NCBI GenBank assembly: GCA_963799845.1
Contig: CAWCYI010000004.1
Location: 1,152,001-1,216,000 of the forward strand
Source: an uncultured Nitrososphaerota archaeon
GTDB taxonomy: Archaea; Thermoproteota; Nitrososphaeria; Nitrososphaerales; CADDZS01
Reading direction: 5' to 3'
Length of the DNA stretch: 64,000 bases
The translations under genes and the position numbers were made by a program. The notes under the pieces were generated by a model. The model had not been told where the DNA came from, made no database searches, and saw only the letters and a list, made by a program, of their open reading frames with translations. Shown here piece by piece: positions 20,674 to 27,551 of the stretch (its first letter is position 1; the number at the start of each line of letters is the position of its first letter).

Positions 20674-21813
20674 CTAACTGGTGGACTGCGAAGTTGACGG
20701 GGATCTCAGAAAACATGCGACCTTGTGCCCGGGCCGGACCTCCTCAAGTTTTGGGAGCTCAACGCTGCATCTGTTGAACGCATACTTGCACCGTGGATGG
20801 AATTTGCACCCTTCGGGCAGGTACTTCAGGTTGGGAACGTCACCTCTTATCGCTTCCATCTTTCCCTCGTCCTTGTAGTTATGCGAGAACGATTTCAGTA
20901 GGCCTTCGGTATAGGGATGTAGACTGGAATGGAACATCTCGTGGACGCTTGCCTGTTCTACAATTTCGCCCGCATACATGACGATGACCTGATCCGCGAT
21001 CTGGGCCGCCACGGCTAAATCATGCGTGATGAAGAGAATGGACGTCCCGATCTCTTCCCGGAGCTCGCGCATAAGGAAAAGCACTTGTGCCTGGGTCGTA
21101 ACGTCGAGCGCCGAAGTCGGCTCGTCCGCTATCATGACTGCAGGTTTCTCCACGAGAGCTTCCGCTATCATAACACGCTGAGCCATCCCGCCGCTGAGCT
21201 CGTGGGGGTACTTGTCGATCACGCGTTCAGGGTCGCTGATGTGGACTCTTCTCAGGGCGTCTATCGCCTGTTCCGAGAACTTTTTTCTCCCTCCCATAGA
21301 GGCGCCAGATCCGACCATCCTTTCTCCGAGCCCCGGAGGAGCGTGGCTGCCCACAGGCCCACTGCTTTCAAAAGGCCCATGATATCCGACTCGGCGCTTT
21401 TTTCTTTTTTCTCTGATTTCGATAGCTTCATTCAATTGCTGGCCGACCGTGTATACTGGATCGAGCGAGGTCATCGGCTCCTGAAAAATCATCGATATAC
21501 CGGTACCGCGAAGCTCGACAATTTCCGATTCCTTAAGTTTCAAAATATCCTTCCCTTGAAAAACGATCTCTCCACGAGAGATTTCTGCGGGAGGTTTTTG
21601 CAGAAGTCCTATGATTGAATATCCAAGCGTGCTCTTGCCACATCCGGATTCGCCGACGATAGCTATAATCGTCGATCGTGGGACATCCAGATTGATGTTG
21701 GAAAGGGCAAGGACATCTCGGTTGAACGTTTTGTACTTGACCGCGAGGTTTCTGATGTTCAGAACGTCTTCCGAATTCTTCTGATCTACGACAGAAAGTT
21801 CTTCATTGCTCAA
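20674..21813 (-). CDS. oppD: Oligopeptide/dipeptide ABC transporter ATP-binding protein
   Basis: GESGCGKS, IFQEPMTSL, LSGGMAQR, HPYT, CKFHPRC. Confidence 0.93.
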   Translation of the reverse strand: MSNEELSVVDQKNSEDVLNIRNLAVKYKTFNRDVLALSNINLDVPRSTIIAIVGESGCGKSTLGYSIIGLLQKPPAEISRGEIVFQGKDILKLKESEIVELRGTGISMIFQEPMTSLDPVYTVGQQLNEAIEIREKRKKRRVGYHGPFESSGPVGSHAPPGLGERMVGSGASMGGRKKFSEQAIDALRRVHISDPERVIDKYPHELSGGMAQRVMIAEALVEKPAVMIADEPTSALDVTTQAQVLFLMRELREEIGTSILFITHDLAVAAQIADQVIVMYAGEIVEQASVHEMFHSSLHPYTEGLLKSFSHNYKDEGKMEAIRGDVPNLKYLPEGCKFHPRCKYAFNRCSVELPKLEEVRPGHKVACFLRSPSTSQSTS

Positions 21814-21816
21814 TGT

Positions 21817-22728
21817 CTAGCTGAACAAGCCCCTGACCCTTGGGTCTAGCGCGTCTCTCAAGCCGTCACCAAAGAGACTGAAACCGATTGCCACTATGAG
21901 GATGGTAAGTGCAGGCGCGATGGCATACCAAGGCGCGCTCCTCAGGTACTGCTCTCCCTGCGAGGACAGCAGTCCCCATTCCGGGATTGGAGGCTGTGCC
22001 CCCAGACCGATGAAACTGAGGACCGAGAAAACGAGGATTACATTCCCCAGATCAAGAGTGGCATAAACGATTAGTGTCGGCAGAATATTAGGAATGATGT
22101 GTTTTAGAATAATGTATCTGTTCTTTTGGCCCGCGGCGGTTGACGCTTCGACGAACTGCTGCGATTTCAGGGTGAGCGTTTCGCCCCTGGCGAGTCTCGT
22201 GTAGCTCGGCCACCAGACCGGTGCCAGTGCGAGGATTGTGTTAGGAATGCTGGGGCCGAGAGACGCAACGATCGCGAGTGCGAGCACGAGTCCTGGAAAA
22301 GCAAGGAAAATGTCCGTGATGCGCATAATCACTTCTTCCAGCACTCCTCCGACAAATCCAGCGAGGCCACCGATCAGCATACCTAGTACCACAGCAGATC
22401 CAACCACTGAAAACGCAACCTCGGCGTCGATTGGAAAAGCGGCGAGGATTCTAGTCAACAAGTCCCTTCCAAGGTCATCGGTGCCGAGGAGATGGTGAAG
22501 GGACGGAGGCTGCAGAATGGTGGAAGGAGAAATGGCATAGGGATTAAACGGAAGAATCGCATTGTTGGACAACCACACCGCGAGCGCGATGATTATGAAA
22601 ACAATCGAAATAACGCCGCCGATTAGAGTTATGTAACTGGAGCGAAATATCCTCCAAGAAATGATGACCTCTTGCGTGTCGAATGGCAATCTTCTCGCCC
22701 GCTTTGGAGCTTCAATGGTTTCTGTCAA
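21817..22728 (-). CDS. oppC: Oligopeptide ABC transporter permease
   Basis: HLLGTDDLGRD, EAS...G, HIIPN, GDGLRDALDP. Confidence 0.93.
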   Translation of the reverse strand: MTETIEAPKRARRLPFDTQEVIISWRIFRSSYITLIGGVISIVFIIIALAVWLSNNAILPFNPYAISPSTILQPPSLHHLLGTDDLGRDLLTRILAAFPIDAEVAFSVVGSAVVLGMLIGGLAGFVGGVLEEVIMRITDIFLAFPGLVLALAIVASLGPSIPNTILALAPVWWPSYTRLARGETLTLKSQQFVEASTAAGQKNRYIILKHIIPNILPTLIVYATLDLGNVILVFSVLSFIGLGAQPPIPEWGLLSSQGEQYLRSAPWYAIAPALTILIVAIGFSLFGDGLRDALDPRVRGLFS

Positions 22729-22735
22729 GATGAGC

Positions 22736-23746
22736 TTAGACCTTGATCCGAGGATCGATTATACCATACAGGATATCCGCTACAAGATTCGCAAAAACAA
22801 CTCCCAGCGTGAATAGAACTGTTATCCCCATGACGGAGGGAAAATCCAAGCTTTCGATTGACTGAGTTGCATAGTATCCTATGCCGGGCCACAAGAAGAT
22901 TGTCTCGATTACTATGGTTCCGCCGAGCAACGATCCAAGGAGAAGCCCCAGCACTGTCGTGGTGGGGATCATCGCATTCCTGACGGCGTGCCTCAATACG
23001 ACCGTTCTAGCTCCCAGTCCTTTCGCGTACGACGCCCTGATGAAATCCTTCCGAAATACTTCGAGCATTGAAGATCGCATGATTCTCGTAACGATCCCGA
23101 AGTATGTTAGAGCAAGTGCAGTGGCAGGCATGACTATGTGCCAGAGAGAGTCCTTGAGATCCACCCAGTTTCCCGTTATCAGGCTGTCGACGATATACAT
23201 TCCAGTATGTCTTGCTGGAGGTATCAGGCTGCTCGATAACTGACCGTTTGTTGGGAAGATGTTGAAGTAGTAACTAAAGACAAAGAGGAAAAGCAGGGCA
23301 ACGAAGAAAGGTGGAGAAGAAAAACCGGCCAGGTAAATCAGCCTGATGGAGTGGTCGATCTTTTTGTTTTGATACATCGCGGCGATTACCCCGGTAGGGA
23401 TGCCGATAATGATCGTGATTATTATTGCCGCGATCGCAGACTCGGCTGTCGCGGGAAAAAATAGTTGCAGATCGTAGAGAACTGGTCTGCCGGAGGTGGG
23501 GGAGACTCCCCAGTTACCCGTAATAAGATCTCTGAGATAGTAAACATACTGGACGTAAAGCGGATCTTTGAGGTGGAAACGGACGGCGAGCGCTGCGATC
23601 GCTTGGGGCGTGGCGTGGACACCCGCCCAAGCGCGTGCTGGATCTGGCACAGTTACCCTCGAAATGAAAAATGTGATGAAAGTGGTTCCGAGCAGGATCG
23701 GAATAATCAGTAGCAGACGCCTAACTATATAACTTGCTAGTCCCAA
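22736..23746 (-). CDS. oppB: Oligopeptide ABC transporter permease
   Basis: YIVRRLL, RSSMLEV...D...A.AKG, ETIF.WPG.G, DPRI. Confidence 0.93.
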   Translation of the reverse strand: MGLASYIVRRLLLIIPILLGTTFITFFISRVTVPDPARAWAGVHATPQAIAALAVRFHLKDPLYVQYVYYLRDLITGNWGVSPTSGRPVLYDLQLFFPATAESAIAAIIITIIIGIPTGVIAAMYQNKKIDHSIRLIYLAGFSSPPFFVALLFLFVFSYYFNIFPTNGQLSSSLIPPARHTGMYIVDSLITGNWVDLKDSLWHIVMPATALALTYFGIVTRIMRSSMLEVFRKDFIRASYAKGLGARTVVLRHAVRNAMIPTTTVLGLLLGSLLGGTIVIETIFLWPGIGYYATQSIESLDFPSVMGITVLFTLGVVFANLVADILYGIIDPRIKV

Positions 23747-23864
23747 ATCCTGGCCTCACTTTGTACTGTTTATGGAAGGCGCCCCTTTGCACTAGCGGAG
23801 GCGCTGGGGAACCTGTGTACGCAGTTGGCTCGTTTCCTAACCTATTATTTCTTGCGCGAACAGA

Positions 23865-24110
23865 TTAGGTGCCGCAAGAACCAGTCATGGTCACATTGTT
23901 GAAGTCAATACCGTTGAAGGCAGTGTTATACCACATTCCAGTTACGCAGGTGTTCCAGATGTACGGACCTATACCTGCGCCTGGATCGAAGAGATCGAGA
24001 TCCTGTCCTAACCAGATGAATCCAGCCTGTTGGACTAGATCGCTTGTGATCTGTGATATTTCCTGAGCCCTGAGAGTGGAGTTCAGCTGAGAATTGCTCT
24101 CAACGATCAG
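23865..24110 (-). pseudogene. 3' remnant (81 codons plus stop) of the interrupted ABC substrate-binding protein gene
   Basis: Reads LIVESNSQLNSTLRAQEISQITSDLVQQAGFIWLGQ...GSCGT*, in frame with ...NQTIAN of the 5' part once 24111-27541 is removed. Confidence 0.9.
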
Positions 24111-24120
24111 GTTAGCTATC
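24111..24120. repeat. Left copy of target-site duplication GTTAGCTATC (core 8-mer TTAGCTAT)
   Basis: Identical to 27542-27551. Confidence 0.92.
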
Positions 24121-24201
24121 AGACTAGACTAAATAAGAAAGACATAGAAGCATAAGCAAGAAGAGAGGCTACCCAACACACGCAACACACACACACACTC
24201 A
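24120..24201 (+). repeat. Left terminal inverted repeat (82 bp)
   Basis: CAGACTAGACTAAATAAG...GCAACACACACACACACTCA is the exact reverse complement of 27461-27542. Confidence 0.97.
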
Positions 24202-24333
24202 TTTCTTATTGAAACAAAGTGCTCTATGATTCTTGAAACAATACTCACAAACTTTAGAATTGTGAAAAGGGCAATATCTGAAATAAACTGATAATGCTCT
24301 ATTACAATCTGCGCATGTTTCCAGAGTTTGCAT
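24199..24333 (-). CDS. 44-aa Cys/His-rich putative Zn-finger (B-box/AN1-like spacing)
   Basis: MQTLETCADCNRALSVYFRYCPFHNSKVCEYCFKNHRALCFNKK*; ATG abuts the previous stop; its TGA lies in the TIR. Confidence 0.7.
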   Translation of the reverse strand: MQTLETCADCNRALSVYFRYCPFHNSKVCEYCFKNHRALCFNKK

Positions 24334-24471
24334 CTACATTCTTTCTGTATTTCTCTTTAGTTTAGAGCGCTCTCTGTCTGCCTTCAGGTCTGCTTTCAAA
24401 ATCTCTCTTTCTTGTTTAGAAAGTTCTTTTCGAATATTCCTGAATGCTTTCTTGATTTCTCTGTCTACCAT
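24334..24471 (-). CDS. 45-aa charged, coiled-coil-like hypothetical protein
   Basis: MVDREIKKAFRNIRKELSKQEREILKADLKADRERSKLKRNTERM*; tightly packed between neighbours. Confidence 0.55.
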   Translation of the reverse strand: MVDREIKKAFRNIRKELSKQEREILKADLKADRERSKLKRNTERM

Positions 24472-24475
24472 TTTC

Positions 24476-24622
24476 TCACATTCTCTCTAATGCGGTTCTA
24501 GCACTTTGAACCATATTCAAACGCTGTTTTCTCTTTCTCTCTTCCTCTTCGAGTTTCATTTTTCTTAATTTCTGTGCGTCTATTTCGTTTTCTGTTTCTT
24601 CATACTTTGCTTTATCATTCAT
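24476..24622 (-). CDS. 48-aa charged, coiled-coil-like hypothetical protein
   Basis: MNDKAKYEETENEIDAQKLRKMKLEEEERKRKQRLNMVQSARTALERM*; ATGA overlap with the upstream stop. Confidence 0.6.
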   Translation of the reverse strand: MNDKAKYEETENEIDAQKLRKMKLEEEERKRKQRLNMVQSARTALERM

Positions 24623-24816
24623 AATTTCTCAACTTTACCTCTAGATTTATCGCCATACTTTTTCTGAAATTCCTCTAAATTTTTCACTTCGAATACTTGA
24701 TGTTGCTGTTTTGTATGAGCAATTGCGTCTTTTTTCGAATTGAGATACCCTCTGCATGTTGGATAAGTGCAGTAGTAAGTTTTCTGTTTTCTATGTAGTC
24801 CTAACAATTTAATCAA
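24619..24816 (-). CDS. 65-aa C2H2 zinc-finger protein
   Basis: YYCTYPTC-x12-HTKQQH; TTGA overlap with the upstream stop. Confidence 0.75.
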   Translation of the reverse strand: MIKLLGLHRKQKTYYCTYPTCRGYLNSKKDAIAHTKQQHQVFEVKNLEEFQKKYGDKSRGKVEKL

Positions 24817-24983
24817 ACTCTGTCTTTATACCGTTCATCATAACTGATTTCCTCTTCTCTCTGAATTGCTTCCTTTTCTCTTTGTAATCGTTTTGCTCTA
24901 ATTTCTTGTTTCATTTTCTCTGCCCTTTCTCCGTGAACTTTTGTCGTTTCAAACACTTCCAAAATGTATTTTCTTAAATTCAC
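24813..24983 (-). CDS. 56-aa charged hypothetical protein
   Basis: MNLRKYILEVFETTKVHGERAEKMKQEIRAKRLQREKEAIQREEEISYDERYKDRV*; GTGA overlap with the upstream stop. Confidence 0.55.
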   Translation of the reverse strand: MNLRKYILEVFETTKVHGERAEKMKQEIRAKRLQREKEAIQREEEISYDERYKDRV

Positions 24984-25132
24984 TTCGCAGTTTTCCGTTT
25001 AGCCTTTAGGGCATAATAGCGCTGTAACTGATATTCTATGCGTTCTCTTCTATGCGTGTAGTAATACTTTGTTTGGTAGACCAAACGTTCAAGTCTATAC
25101 ACTTTATTTTCTAATTGCTTTATTCTGTCCAT
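24980..25132 (-). CDS. 50-aa basic Tyr-rich hypothetical protein
   Basis: MDRIKQLENKVYRLERLVYQTKYYYTHRRERIEYQLQRYYALKAKRKTAK*; starts 4 nt after the upstream stop. Confidence 0.6.
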   Translation of the reverse strand: MDRIKQLENKVYRLERLVYQTKYYYTHRRERIEYQLQRYYALKAKRKTAK

Positions 25133-25136
25133 AGTC

Positions 25137-25466
25137 TCAACTTGATGTTAATTTTACAAATCTGCCGTTCTTCGCCCTAGCAACGAGTATCTTTCTACCA
25201 TTTCGATTAACAGTGTCTAATCTGTAAAATGGGGAAATTCTAGGTCTAGGTCTTTCTACGATTTTTCTTTCTTTAACGCTTAGACGTTCTGGTTTTACTA
25301 GTCCCTTTTCTTTCCATTGGTCTAATTGTGCTTGAACTAGTCTATCGTTTCCATTGAAGAGATTAACAAGTTGTGATTCATCCTTTCTACCCTCTTCTCT
25401 AACAATGCGTTTTAGAAAATCGAGTGCATCCTTATAGTGAGAATGTTCAGAACGTCTATGCACCAA
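25137..25466 (-). CDS. 109-aa basic hypothetical protein, probable nucleic-acid binder
   Basis: Arg/Lys-rich, C-terminal RAKNGRFVK; in-operon spacing. Confidence 0.65.
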   Translation of the reverse strand: MVHRRSEHSHYKDALDFLKRIVREEGRKDESQLVNLFNGNDRLVQAQLDQWKEKGLVKPERLSVKERKIVERPRPRISPFYRLDTVNRNGRKILVARAKNGRFVKLTSS

Positions 25467-25468
25467 AA

Positions 25469-25768
25469 CTAATATTCACTTCTAAATTGTGCTAGAATAA
25501 TCGAGTGTCTTTGAATGCAAAAGAAACAAAGCCTAAACGGCATATTGATAACGCTCTCATAGTTAGAGCAAAATAACCATACTGTTTTTCGTATGTTACA
25601 TTCTGAGCAAAATCGACGACTTCGAGATAAGGAAATATCGAAGGTATCGCGTAGACTCCCATCTCTCACTCTAACGCTTCCATTATTGGAAACTGGCGAG
25701 TTGTAGACTAAATCCTCAAAATTCTTTGAGGAACGATCACTGTTTACGCTTTCTATCTTCGAGAGCAT
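25469..25768 (-). CDS. 99-aa protein with putative Zn-binding C-terminus
   Basis: CSEC...C...LCFFC...H. Confidence 0.65.
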   Translation of the reverse strand: MLSKIESVNSDRSSKNFEDLVYNSPVSNNGSVRVRDGSLRDTFDISLSRSRRFCSECNIRKTVWLFCSNYESVINMPFRLCFFCIQRHSIILAQFRSEY

Positions 25769-25775
25769 AATTCAT

Positions 25776-26063
25776 TCACTTCTTTTTTTCAGGAATATGA
25801 TTCCCGTTTGAATCAGTGGAAAGTTCTCCAGTTTCTAGCGGAGCAAAAGAAATATTTTCGTTTTCATCTTCGATTAATTCTCCAGAGTCAATTAGTAGTT
25901 TAATAACTTCATCTTTTACATAACGGCTCGTATGTCCTGATTTTAGAGCAAGAACCGCGATTGCCTTTCGCTTCGCACATGGAACAATCGTTTTCAAAAC
26001 TTTGAAGGCAAACTGCCTACTTTTCTTATTATCATCCATCGGGTCTATAGTGCCAAAAACCAT
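25776..26063 (-). CDS. 95-aa putative winged helix-turn-helix protein
   Basis: KAIAVLALKSGHTSRYVKDEVIKLLIDSGELIEDENENISF resembles a wHTH recognition helix plus wing. Confidence 0.55.
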   Translation of the reverse strand: MVFGTIDPMDDNKKSRQFAFKVLKTIVPCAKRKAIAVLALKSGHTSRYVKDEVIKLLIDSGELIEDENENISFAPLETGELSTDSNGNHIPEKKK

Positions 26064-26065
26064 TT

Positions 26066-26233
26066 TCAGTTCTCACTATATACTGTTCGTAAACCTACAC
26101 GTTCAGCACAACTATAGCATATTCCGATACGTTGAGAGACAATCCAACATAGTTCTAAATCCCTCACTTGATTCTTGCAGTATCCGCATTTGTAATAAGT
26201 CAGGTGATTTTCTTCATACTGAGTCTCTAACAT
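26066..26233 (-). CDS. 55-aa C4 zinc-finger protein
   Basis: MLETQYEENHLTYYKCGYCKNQVRDLELCWIVSQRIGICYSCAERVGLRTVYSEN*; first gene of the leftward operon. Confidence 0.65.
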   Translation of the reverse strand: MLETQYEENHLTYYKCGYCKNQVRDLELCWIVSQRIGICYSCAERVGLRTVYSEN

Positions 26234-26298
26234 TATTTCTTTCCCAAAAGATAGGGTTCGTAAACCCTTAACTATCGCCTTAAAGTAAAACTAACCTC
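26234..26298. promoter_or_regulatory. Divergent promoter/control region of the element with a short inverted repeat
   Basis: Only sizeable non-coding gap inside the element; AGGGTT-cgta-AACCCT at 26253-26268; AT-rich boxes. Confidence 0.5.
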
Positions 26299-26760
26299 AT
26301 GCCACTTAGTAAGGAACGAATGAAAGACTACATGAAAAAATACCGTAAGAGGAATCCTGATTATCAATTTGAAGATAAAATTGCGTCTAGAATGCGAATG
26401 AGACAACGAAGGAAGAGATTTTCAAAACTCGGAGATTCTCCAATCAGTAATACGATAACTGAGGAAAATACCCTTAGAGAAAGAGCAGACTCGCTTTCAA
26501 AGAAAATTGTGAAACATAATCCTAACCTTAATGAGAATGAATTCAAGACGGAAGAAACAATTTTAGAATTGATGAAAACCATTCAGCAATTTGATTCTGA
26601 ACCCAATTACGAATTCTTTCTTAGGTATGTTGCCGAATATTATTGGAAAATAAAAAACGCTCGCACTTTGCCAATACAAAAACTCGTTCAACAATTTGAA
26701 CCGAAATATCTGCGTGCTACAGAGAGATATTTCGAGATTTATCTTAAGGGGAGAATTTAG
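26299..26760 (+). CDS. 153-aa hypothetical protein, basic N-terminus; possible DNA-binding partner of the integrase
   Basis: MPLSKERMKDYMKKYRKRNP...RMRMRQRRKR; stop 1 nt before the integrase ATG. Confidence 0.7.
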   Translation: MPLSKERMKDYMKKYRKRNPDYQFEDKIASRMRMRQRRKRFSKLGDSPISNTITEENTLRERADSLSKKIVKHNPNLNENEFKTEETILELMKTIQQFDSEPNYEFFLRYVAEYYWKIKNARTLPIQKLVQQFEPKYLRATERYFEIYLKGRI

Positions 26761-26761
26761 T

Positions 26762-27463
26762 ATGCTCGAAGTTATCACAAAGCCGAATTCTCTTTGGGTT
26801 GCAGATTTCTGTTTTCTCACTCGAAGAATACCTAAGAAGTTTCACGATTACCGTCTATACAATAAACCGCACACTCCTAGACCTAGAGGAAATACACGAA
26901 TCAATATCGGGGAAAATGTAGTCTTTCTGCCTAAATGGTTGCGTTGGAATTACGATAGTTCTCAGTTCAATAAATGGACTAGACGAGAATTCAAACCTAA
27001 AGATAGAATCAAAGTCTATGATTCTCCAGTGGTTCTATTCGCTATTCAAGATGTGGCATCTCGTCTGATAGTGCATGCTTGTCTAAAACATGCACCAAAA
27101 GAAATTGTTTCACGGTCTTATCAGTATCCTCACTGGTTCAAATTAGACGAATGCCTTAAACAATCTCTTCAAACTCTGCCTAACTATTCTCATAAACTTC
27201 ATTTCGCTTTAGATTCAATGATTCAGAGAAAATATTCAAAGAGTGTTTTGGGTAAATGGATAGATACCTTTCCAATTACTAGCGAGAGTAAGTTTCTAAG
27301 TTCAACACTCGAAGCATTTTTCGGGAGATTACAATACGAGTTTCGAGACGATCTAACTCAAAAGAACCTAGATACTTACATCAAATTTTGGAATAATGAA
27401 AGGACAATGAAGGTTTTGAATAATAAGACCCCTTCGAGCATTTACTATTCAGATTACTATTGA
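26762..27463 (+). CDS. DDE integrase/transposase catalytic core (rve; IS3/IS481/retroviral-like)
   Basis: PNSLWVADF, FAIQDVASRLIV, FALDS, LEAFFGRLQYE, YIKFWNNER..KVL.NKTP; GGGGAG RBS 8 nt before ATG 26762; its TGA is the inner end of the right TIR. Confidence 0.85.
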   Translation: MLEVITKPNSLWVADFCFLTRRIPKKFHDYRLYNKPHTPRPRGNTRINIGENVVFLPKWLRWNYDSSQFNKWTRREFKPKDRIKVYDSPVVLFAIQDVASRLIVHACLKHAPKEIVSRSYQYPHWFKLDECLKQSLQTLPNYSHKLHFALDSMIQRKYSKSVLGKWIDTFPITSESKFLSSTLEAFFGRLQYEFRDDLTQKNLDTYIKFWNNERTMKVLNNKTPSSIYYSDYY

Positions 27464-27542
27464 GTGTGTGTGTGTGTTGCGTGTGTTGGGTAGCCTCTCT
27501 TCTTGCTTATGCTTCTATGTCTTTCTTATTTAGTCTAGTCTG
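27461..27542 (-). repeat. Right terminal inverted repeat (82 bp)
   Basis: TGAGTGTGTGTGTGTGTTGCGTGTGTTGGGTAGCC...TAGTCTAGTCTG. Confidence 0.97.
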
Positions 27543-27551
27543 TTAGCTATC
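27542..27551. repeat. Right copy of target-site duplication GTTAGCTATC
   Basis: Identical to 24111-24120. Confidence 0.92.

Larger units (their letters stand above)
24120..27542. mobile_element. Unclassified TIR-bounded, rve-integrase-encoding element with a virus-like small-ORF cargo (~3.42 kb)
   Basis: 82-bp perfect TIRs, flanking direct repeat, clean interruption of a host ORF, visibly lower GC than the flanks, DDE integrase gene. Confidence 0.95.

Noticed and set aside
24120-24201. TIR/CA tract as a CRISPR repeat or tRNA/attachment site
   Set aside because: Only two copies, inverted and 3.3 kb apart; no spacers, no cloverleaf, no tyrosine recombinase
26002-26271. 89-aa plus-strand ORF in the element
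   Set aside because: Antisense to the 55-aa Zn-finger and wHTH-like ORFs, which fit the operon tiling better
26696-26761. TTG-initiated N-terminal extension of the integrase or IS3-type -1 frameshift fusion
   Set aside because: It overlaps the upstream gene in the +1 frame, no clear slippery site is visible, and ATG 26762 has its own RBS
24120-27542. Element as a casposon, ordinary IS3, or self-splicing intron/intein
   Set aside because: No Cas1 or PolB; ends, size and cargo do not match IS3; the TSD and DDE enzyme indicate DNA transposition, and there is no RT or homing-endonuclease motif
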